Source: Armatimonadetes bacterium UBA1398 (lineage in GTDB: Bacteria; Armatimonadota; Zipacnadia; UBA1398). From it: DNA of 64,000 nt. Both the position numbers and the translations under genes were made by a program. The notes beneath the pieces are model-generated. The model saw nothing but the letters and a program-made list of their open reading frames with translations, made no database searches and was not told the origin of the DNA. Shown here piece by piece: positions 57,619 through 64,000 of the stretch; the stretch's first letter is position 1, and each line of letters begins with the position of its first letter. Location: assembly GCA_002305165.1 (NCBI GenBank), contig DBQI01000026.1:5398-69397 (forward strand), in the 5' to 3' direction.

Positions 57619-58535
57619 TGGACCAACCCATTGAGAAGCGACGGGCGGGGCGCACCCTCCGAGGCGTCTTCGAGTGGCTGATCGAGCGTGGTCTCCAGGT
57701 GTGCGCCCTGCTCTCCGTCGCGACAACCATTGGCATCATTCTGGCGCTGCTGTTGCAGAGCGTTCCGTTCTTCCGCGAGGTATCGGTCAAGGACTTCCTC
57801 ACGGACAGGGAGTGGACGCCGCTCTTCGCCCAGAAGCACTTCGGCATCCTGCCCCTGGTCGCGGGCACGATGCTCGTCACGGCCATCGCCATGGCCGTGG
57901 CGTTGCCTGCGGGACTGATGATCGCGGTATACCTCAGCGAGTTCGCTCGACCACGCATTCGGCGGATGGTGAAGCCCGTTCTCGAGGTCCTGGCCGGGGT
58001 CCCCACCGTTGTCTACGGGTACTTCGCGCTCAGCTTCGTGACGCCGGCCCTGCAGACGTTTATCCCTGGCCTCAAGGGCTTCAACGCCCTCGGGGCCGGA
58101 CTCGTCATGGGGGTGATGGTGCTGCCGCTCGTCGCCTCACTGTCGGAGGATGCGCTGTACGCCGTGCCGCAGAGGTTGCGAGAGGCCTCCTACGCCCTGG
58201 GCTCGACGCGTCTGCAGATGGTGTTCAGGACCCTGATCCCCGCCGCGCTTTCAGGGATCGCCGCTTCCTTCATCCTCGGGGTATCCCGAGCGGTTGGCGA
58301 GACGATGATCGTCGCGATTGCGGCGGGGTCACAACCCACGCTGTCTCTGGACCCGCGAGTCCCCATACAGACCATGACCGGCTACATCGTGCAGATCAGC
58401 ATGGGGGACACCCCCCATGGCACCTTGGAGTACCACACGATCTTCGCTGTCGGACTGACGCTGTTCATCATGACTTTCACGCTGAACTGGGTGAGCATGG
58501 CGCTGCGGAACCGATATGAAAGGGCCTACCGATGA
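57618..58535 (+). CDS. pstC: Phosphate ABC transporter permease
   Basis: LAGVPTVVYG, REASYALG, SRAVGETM. Confidence 0.95.
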   Translation: MDQPIEKRRAGRTLRGVFEWLIERGLQVCALLSVATTIGIILALLLQSVPFFREVSVKDFLTDREWTPLFAQKHFGILPLVAGTMLVTAIAMAVALPAGLMIAVYLSEFARPRIRRMVKPVLEVLAGVPTVVYGYFALSFVTPALQTFIPGLKGFNALGAGLVMGVMVLPLVASLSEDALYAVPQRLREASYALGSTRLQMVFRTLIPAALSGIAASFILGVSRAVGETMIVAIAAGSQPTLSLDPRVPIQTMTGYIVQISMGDTPHGTLEYHTIFAVGLTLFIMTFTLNWVSMALRNRYERAYR

Positions 58536-59461
58536 GTGAACCGTCGATAGGGCCGCAGGTCGGCGCCCCGCCGGCCACGGATATTCAGGGCAACGCGCGA
58601 GGCCGCGGATGGATCAAGGAACTGGGCTTCGAGGCCATCGCTCTCGCGACGGTCTGTGCGGCACTGCTGATGCTCGGCGTGCTGCTCGTGGACATCGTGC
58701 TCGACGGCTGGCCACGGCTCGGCATGGACTTCCTGAAGAGCCTACCGTCACGGAAGGCCGAGCAGGCTGGCATCTGGCCCGCCTTCGTGGGAAGCCTCTA
58801 CTTGATGGTTATCACAGCCTGTGTGAGCTTCCCCCTAGGGGTAGCGGCCGCGATCTATCTGGAGGAGTACGCTCCTCGTGGATGGCTTTCACGCTTCATC
58901 GAGCTGAACATCTCGAATCTCGCGGGCGTGCCGTCCATCGTCTACGGCCTCCTCGGCCTGGCTGTGTTCGTGCGAGCCTTCCAACTGGAGCGAAGCCTGA
59001 TCGCAGGCGGCCTGACTCTGTCCCTGCTGGTGTTGCCCGTTGTCATCATGTCGAGCAGAGAAGCGTTGAGGGCCGTGCCGCCGTACGTCCGCGATGCGTC
59101 CCTGGCGCTGGGTGCTACGAAGTGGCAGACGGTGCGTCGTCAGGTGCTGCCCCTCAGCCTTCCTGGGATCATGACCGGCACGATACTCGCCCTGAGCCGC
59201 GCCATCGGCGAGACGGCGCCCATCGTGATGATCGGCGCCTTTGGGTATATCAGCACTGTCCCCACTGGCCTCAAGTCGCCCTTCACGGCCCTGCCGATCC
59301 AGATCTACAACTGGGTCTCGAGACCCCATCGAGCGGCTGATACCGGCATCACCTTCCAGACAAACGCGGCGGCGGGCATTCTCGTGCTCCTCGCCATGCT
59401 CCTCACCCTGAACGCTGTAGCCATCTGGCTGAGGAACCGAGCCCAGAGGAGACTGAAGTGA
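58532..59461 (+). CDS. pstA: Phosphate ABC transporter permease
   Basis: [31 protein letters not shown]. Confidence 0.95.
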   Translation: MSEPSIGPQVGAPPATDIQGNARGRGWIKELGFEAIALATVCAALLMLGVLLVDIVLDGWPRLGMDFLKSLPSRKAEQAGIWPAFVGSLYLMVITACVSFPLGVAAAIYLEEYAPRGWLSRFIELNISNLAGVPSIVYGLLGLAVFVRAFQLERSLIAGGLTLSLLVLPVVIMSSREALRAVPPYVRDASLALGATKWQTVRRQVLPLSLPGIMTGTILALSRAIGETAPIVMIGAFGYISTVPTGLKSPFTALPIQIYNWVSRPHRAADTGITFQTNAAAGILVLLAMLLTLNAVAIWLRNRAQRRLK

Positions 59462-60321
59462 CCGCACCATACCAAGAGCCCATAGCGGACTACCTGAGCG
59501 CCACGACCCAGCGTCCCGTGGACGATGGCCTCAATGGCGCTGGCGCCGAGGTGGCTGGCCCACCTACGGGGTGTAGGGTCCGCAGTGAGGACCTACACGT
59601 CTACTACGGCCCCGTTCACGCCCTGAAGGGCGTCACGATGGCGATCCCAGACAGGGACATCACCGCCCTGATCGGGCCGTCCGGCTGCGGCAAGTCGACC
59701 TTCTTGCGCTGCTTCAACCGGATGAATGATGTGATCCCCGATGTACGCGTCGAGGGGCGAGCGCTGCTCGGGGAGACGGACATCAACGGCCCCCGGATCG
59801 ATGTAGTGGCGCTGCGGAAGCGCGTGGGGATGGTCTTCCAGCAGCCGAACCCCTTCCCGATGTCCATCTATGACAACGTGGCCTACGGCCCTCGGATACA
59901 TGGCATCAGGAGGCGATCACGGCTCAACGAGATCGTGGAGGTCTCCCTACGCCGCGCGGCGCTGTGGGAGGAGGTCAAGGACAAGCTCCGAAAGTCAGCA
60001 TTCGACCTCTCGGGAGGGCAGCAGCAGCGCCTGTGCATTGCGCGGACACTCGCGGTCAAGCCGGAGGTCATCCTGATGGATGAGCCGTGTTCAGCGCTGG
60101 ATCCGCAGTCGACCTTCCGCATCGAGGACCTGATGGGCGAGTTGAAGGAGAGCTACACGGTCATCATCGTCACGCACAACATGCAGCAGGCCGCCCGAGT
60201 CTCCAGCATGACGGGGTTCTTCCTAATGGGCGAGCTGGTCGAGTTCGATGCGACTCGAAAGGTGTTCCAGAGCCCCGCGGACGAGCGCACAGAGAAGTAC
60301 GTGAGCGGCCGATTCGGCTAG
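59458..60321 (+). CDS. pstB: Phosphate ABC transporter ATP-binding protein
   Basis: [38 protein letters not shown]. Confidence 0.97.
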   Translation: MTAPYQEPIADYLSATTQRPVDDGLNGAGAEVAGPPTGCRVRSEDLHVYYGPVHALKGVTMAIPDRDITALIGPSGCGKSTFLRCFNRMNDVIPDVRVEGRALLGETDINGPRIDVVALRKRVGMVFQQPNPFPMSIYDNVAYGPRIHGIRRRSRLNEIVEVSLRRAALWEEVKDKLRKSAFDLSGGQQQRLCIARTLAVKPEVILMDEPCSALDPQSTFRIEDLMGELKESYTVIIVTHNMQQAARVSSMTGFFLMGELVEFDATRKVFQSPADERTEKYVSGRFG

Positions 60322-60328
60322 AGGGCGG

Positions 60329-61006
60329 GTGAGGTCAATGGCTGCCAACAGCAGATCCCTCTTCAGCGCCGACCTGGCGCAACTCAAAGTGACCCTGCGG
60401 CAACTCGGTGAATGCGCGATCGAGATGCTCGAAGGGGCAACGGAGGCGCTCGTCAATCAGGACTACGACCTTGCGGAGCAGGTTCGCAAGCGGGATAACC
60501 TAGCCGACGCCCTCGACGAGAAGGTGGACGAGGACTGCGTTACGCTGCTCGCGCTCCAGGCGCCAGTCGCAAGAGACCTCCGCATCATTATGGGGTCAGC
60601 ACGCATCGCGACGGATCTCGAACGAATCGCCGACTACGCCAAAGACATCGCCAAGGTCGCTCGCAAGCTCAGCAGCGAGGACTACTTCTGGCCCCTCGAG
60701 GACATTCCGTCCATGGCCCACAGCTGTGCCGCCATGGGTCGGATGTCCTTGGCCGCTCTCGATGACGTGGATGAGGACATGGCGCGCAAGTGCGCGGGCA
60801 TGGATCACGAGGTCGATGCGCGATGGAAACTGGTGCGCGAGCAACTGATTCAGCACATGGAAGCGGACCCCAGCAGGGTACGCCAGGCCGCTCAGCTTCT
60901 GCTCGTCGCGCGCTACTTGGAGCGCATCGGTGATCATATCGTGAACGTCGCCGAGCGCGTCCACTACATGGCGACTGGTGAACTCCGTCGGCTCGACGTC
61001 GAGTGA
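60329..61006 (+). CDS. phoU: Phosphate signalling protein PhoU
   Basis: QAPVARDLR, DLERIADY, YLERIGDH..NVAE; start may be ATG 60338. Confidence 0.95.
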   Translation: MRSMAANSRSLFSADLAQLKVTLRQLGECAIEMLEGATEALVNQDYDLAEQVRKRDNLADALDEKVDEDCVTLLALQAPVARDLRIIMGSARIATDLERIADYAKDIAKVARKLSSEDYFWPLEDIPSMAHSCAAMGRMSLAALDDVDEDMARKCAGMDHEVDARWKLVREQLIQHMEADPSRVRQAAQLLLVARYLERIGDHIVNVAERVHYMATGELRRLDVE

Positions 61007-61099
61007 CTCGAGGGCGGCATCGGGCGCCCCCACCCCTGCAGGACGGGCCACCGAACGCGCGAAACCATGGGCAGACCAAGCAGCCCATGGAGGTTGACT

Positions 61100-64000
61100 G
61101 TGACGACCCATCGCCGCGCCGTGTCATGGCCCCTGCTCGTAGCGATCCTGGCAGCCCTCGCATCCACATCGGAGGCTGAGCCGGTGCTGACCGACGTCGC
61201 ACTGACGCGGCTGGGCGCGTCAGCGACCGCAGAGTCGCAGTGCAGCGACCTCTACGGCGGCCCCAAGGCGATTGACGGAACCGTTGGGTACGGCTCCGTG
61301 GGCTGGTTCGCCGCTGACTCCGTCGCGCTGCCTTGCTCCCTGAACATCGACCTGGGTGCCACCCGCATCGTTCACAGCATCGTGCTCTACCAGGCAAGCT
61401 GGGGTGGCAGCATGTACCACAGCCGTGAAGTGCGCGTAGAGGGCCGCCTTGAGGGAGAGTGGGTGGGGGTGGGGGAGGCCGTCCTGCCCGACGTGAGCGA
61501 GCACAGGACGGAAGTGCGTCTCGGCTCGCCGATGGAACTTGACGCGGTGCGCATCGTAGTCCTGAGCGGGTACATCGAGCCGCAGATCTGCGGGCTCGCC
61601 GAGGTCGAGGTGCTGGCGTCCGGGGTACCCACCTGGGGCGAACCAAGGCTCCTGCTCGATGGAGAGCCCGCTCCCGACCTGGTGCATGGCACGTGTGGCC
61701 TGGCCATGGCGGCGCGCGCGAACGGCCCCCAGGTGCTTCTGTCCTCCGAGCCTCCGGCAGTGGCGGCCGTCCTCGACGGTGACGAGAGTGCGGCCATCGG
61801 TCTGGATCTTGCCAGCATTCCCGATGGAGCCGCCATCGAGTTCTCTGCCAGGAGGGTGTGGGGAGGGCCGGGCCGTGTGATCGTCAGCGGCTCGTGCGGT
61901 GGGGCCGTGGAGTCGGTCACCGACACCGCCTGGGTGATCCGCGTGCCTATCGGCGCCGGGGACGCGGTGCCCGTGACGATCGAGTTGCATGCCGACGGGC
62001 GGGCTACGGCCGTTGAACTACGCTCGCTTGCGCTGGTGCTCCCCGGCCTGCCGCCGCTCGCGATGTCCCCGACGCCATCTGGCCCTTCGCCCCTTGTGCT
62101 CCCTCCGCCCGCGGCTCCGGTCCTCCGGGAAGGCATGGAGCGGCTGCTTATCGAGTGGGATTGGCGGATGCAGGATGGCATTGCCACCCCACGCTTGCCA
62201 GTCAGCTACGAGCAGGCCTGTGACCGCTTGGTAGAGGGGGGCAACCGGCTCGCGAAGGGCCTACGGGGTGGATCGGATGCCCCGAAGGCCGCGCTCGCGG
62301 ACTGGCGTGAGGCAGTGGACGCCTGGAGGGGACTCCCGGAGAGCAGCCGCGGTGGAGCACTCGCCGAGCGTGCTTGGCTCGATCTCCACTGGACGCGGCG
62401 GTCGCTCATGTTGGCGCACCCACTCATGCCCCGTGAGCCCATCCTATTTGCGAAGCGGGTCCCTTCCGCGTTCAGTCACCAGCTCACCCAGTACTACGGC
62501 CGCTATGCTCGCCCTGGGGGAGGGATCTTCGTTCTGCCCGAGCCGGGCCGCTCCATGGCATGCCGCGACCTAACGGGCGGCCATATGCCTCTGGGAAGCT
62601 ACCTGCATCCCGAGGTCTCCTACGACGCTGATCGAGTCCTGTTCGCCTTCTGCGAGACCGACTCGGCGCCGACGGATAGCTTCGCCGGTAGCCCGGGCCA
62701 CTACTATCACCTGTATGAGATGCCACTGTCGGGAGGCGTGCCGAGCAGGCTGACCGAGGGCGCATTCGATGACTTCGCCCCACGGTACCTGCCCGGCGGG
62801 GACCTCATGTTCATCTCCACGAGGCGGCTCGGATGGCACCGCTGCGGCACCCCCGGCTGCGAGAACTACACCCTGACACGGTCAGGTCCCGACGGGAGCA
62901 TGGCACGCCCCGTGTCCTTCCACGAGACGCAGGAGTGGGATCCGGTCGTCCTTCACGACGGGCGGATCGCGTACACCCGCTGGGACTACGTCGACCGGCA
63001 CGCGGTCTACTACGAGCAGCTATGGTGGACCCATCCAGACGGCGGCAACCCCAGCGCCCTGTACGGCAATAACACTTTCAACCCCGTCGGAATCTGGGAG
63101 CCCCGGCCGGTACCGGGCTCCGACCTCATCATGGCCACGGCTGCGGCGCACCATGCTATGACGGCAGGATCCATCATCCTCGTAGACCCACGTCGGGGCG
63201 TGGACGGGCCCGAGCCCATCGTGCGCCTAACGCCGGACACCCCCTTCCCCGAGAGTGAGTCCGTGGTCTCCGGCACGTGGGTGGCTACCGCGGTGGGATG
63301 CGGCATCAGGACATCGGAGGAGCAGGAAAGGTGGCCGGGGCATTGCTACCGCTCGCCGTACCCGCTGTCCGAGGATCTCTTCCTCGCGTCCTACAGCTTC
63401 GAGCCCCTTGTTGGTGAACCGCACGCGAACTCACCGACGATGTTCGGCCTGTATCTCGTGGATACCAATGGAAACCGGGAGTTGCTCTATCGCGACCTGG
63501 CGATATCGAGCCTCTGGCCCATCCCCATTCAGTCACGTCTGCGGCCACCGCCGGTGGGTGCGGAGTTCGTGCCATCAGTATCTGGCGGTGACACGGGGAC
63601 CTTCCTGGTGCAGAACATCAACCGGAGCTCGGTGGCACTGCCCGATGAGCGGATCGCGGCGCTAAGGGTCGTCCAGCTAGTGCCGAAGTCCACGTCCGGG
63701 GCCAACAACCCCATGGTGGGGCTGGCAAACGCCTCGCCGGGCAAGCAGGTGCTGGGCACGGTACCCGTCTCGGACGATGGCTCCGCCTACTTCGAAGCGC
63801 CTGCCGGGATTCCCCTGGCGTTCCAGGCCTTGGACAGCCGGGGCTTGGCGGTTCAGGTGATGCGGAGCGTGACGTACCTTCAGCCCGGGCAGAACCTGGG
63901 CTGTATCGGGTGCCACGAGGACAGGACCGAGGCGCCCCCCAACCTCGGTCTCGCCGCCACAGGGCGCGAGCCCGCCAAGCTGCGCCCCGCCCCCGATGGC
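61100..64000 (+). CDS. Secreted discoidin (F5/8 type C) plus HzsA-related propeller protein with c-type heme motif, 3'-partial
   Basis: Absent from the track because there is no stop in the window. GGAGG + GTG 61100 gives MTTHRRAVSWPLLVAILAALAS..KAIDG..IDLG; later ILFAKR, DDFAPRYLPGG..FISTRR, YTRWDYVDR, LGTVPVSDDGSAYF..FQALD, and CIGCHE at 63902-63919 in the same frame. Confidence 0.8.
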   Translation, partial: MTTHRRAVSWPLLVAILAALASTSEAEPVLTDVALTRLGASATAESQCSDLYGGPKAIDGTVGYGSVGWFAADSVALPCSLNIDLGATRIVHSIVLYQASWGGSMYHSREVRVEGRLEGEWVGVGEAVLPDVSEHRTEVRLGSPMELDAVRIVVLSGYIEPQICGLAEVEVLASGVPTWGEPRLLLDGEPAPDLVHGTCGLAMAARANGPQVLLSSEPPAVAAVLDGDESAAIGLDLASIPDGAAIEFSARRVWGGPGRVIVSGSCGGAVESVTDTAWVIRVPIGAGDAVPVTIELHADGRATAVELRSLALVLPGLPPLAMSPTPSGPSPLVLPPPAAPVLREGMERLLIEWDWRMQDGIATPRLPVSYEQACDRLVEGGNRLAKGLRGGSDAPKAALADWREAVDAWRGLPESSRGGALAERAWLDLHWTRRSLMLAHPLMPREPILFAKRVPSAFSHQLTQYYGRYARPGGGIFVLPEPGRSMACRDLTGGHMPLGSYLHPEVSYDADRVLFAFCETDSAPTDSFAGSPGHYYHLYEMPLSGGVPSRLTEGAFDDFAPRYLPGGDLMFISTRRLGWHRCGTPGCENYTLTRSGPDGSMARPVSFHETQEWDPVVLHDGRIAYTRWDYVDRHAVYYEQLWWTHPDGGNPSALYGNNTFNPVGIWEPRPVPGSDLIMATAAAHHAMTAGSIILVDPRRGVDGPEPIVRLTPDTPFPESESVVSGTWVATAVGCGIRTSEEQERWPGHCYRSPYPLSEDLFLASYSFEPLVGEPHANSPTMFGLYLVDTNGNRELLYRDLAISSLWPIPIQSRLRPPPVGAEFVPSVSGGDTGTFLVQNINRSSVALPDERIAALRVVQLVPKSTSGANNPMVGLANASPGKQVLGTVPVSDDGSAYFEAPAGIPLAFQALDSRGLAVQVMRSVTYLQPGQNLGCIGCHEDRTEAPPNLGLAATGREPAKLRPAPDG

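Noticed and set aside
61100-64000. Anammox hydrazine synthase
   Set aside because: No hzsB/hzsC upstream or other anammox genes in the window; the discoidin fusion fits non-anammox HzsA-related proteins

Overview
High-GC bacterial chromosomal segment, densely coding, with no mobile elements, CRISPR arrays, tRNA or rRNA genes that I could detect by eye. An SLH-coiled-coil-porin (OmpM-type) protein, copper-amine-oxidase N-terminal ('stalk') domain proteins, URO-D-like paralogs, DUF2961 and an HzsA-like protein suggest a diderm Terrabacteria lineage such as Armatimonadota (inference). Housekeeping blocks: trkAH; lysA, tRNA nucleotidyltransferase, site-2 protease, trpS, scpAB, D,D-carboxypeptidase; metG; larBC; pta; nuoFGHIJKLMN (no nuoA-E); prs-rplY-smpB; pstSCAB-phoU. 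Most unusual elements: (1) an OmpM-like outer-membrane tether with 17 Gly-X-Y collagen triplets in its stalk, preceded by a ~220-nt structured leader containing a perfect anti-Shine-Dalgarno; (2) a three-gene cluster of two orphan lipoproteins plus a half-PilC/GspF domain fused through two TM helices to a ClpX-type C4 zinc finger; (3) apparent pseudo-enzymes (HtrA-like protein lacking catalytic His/Asp, TrpRS with KMSAV for KMSKS, a degenerate Mrr-like fold); (4) a tiny Asp/Trp-rich lipoprotein next to larC; (5) a discoidin/HzsA-like c-type cytochrome ORF that runs off the window end and is missing from the ORF track. All calls come from motif recognition by eye; no database searches were run.
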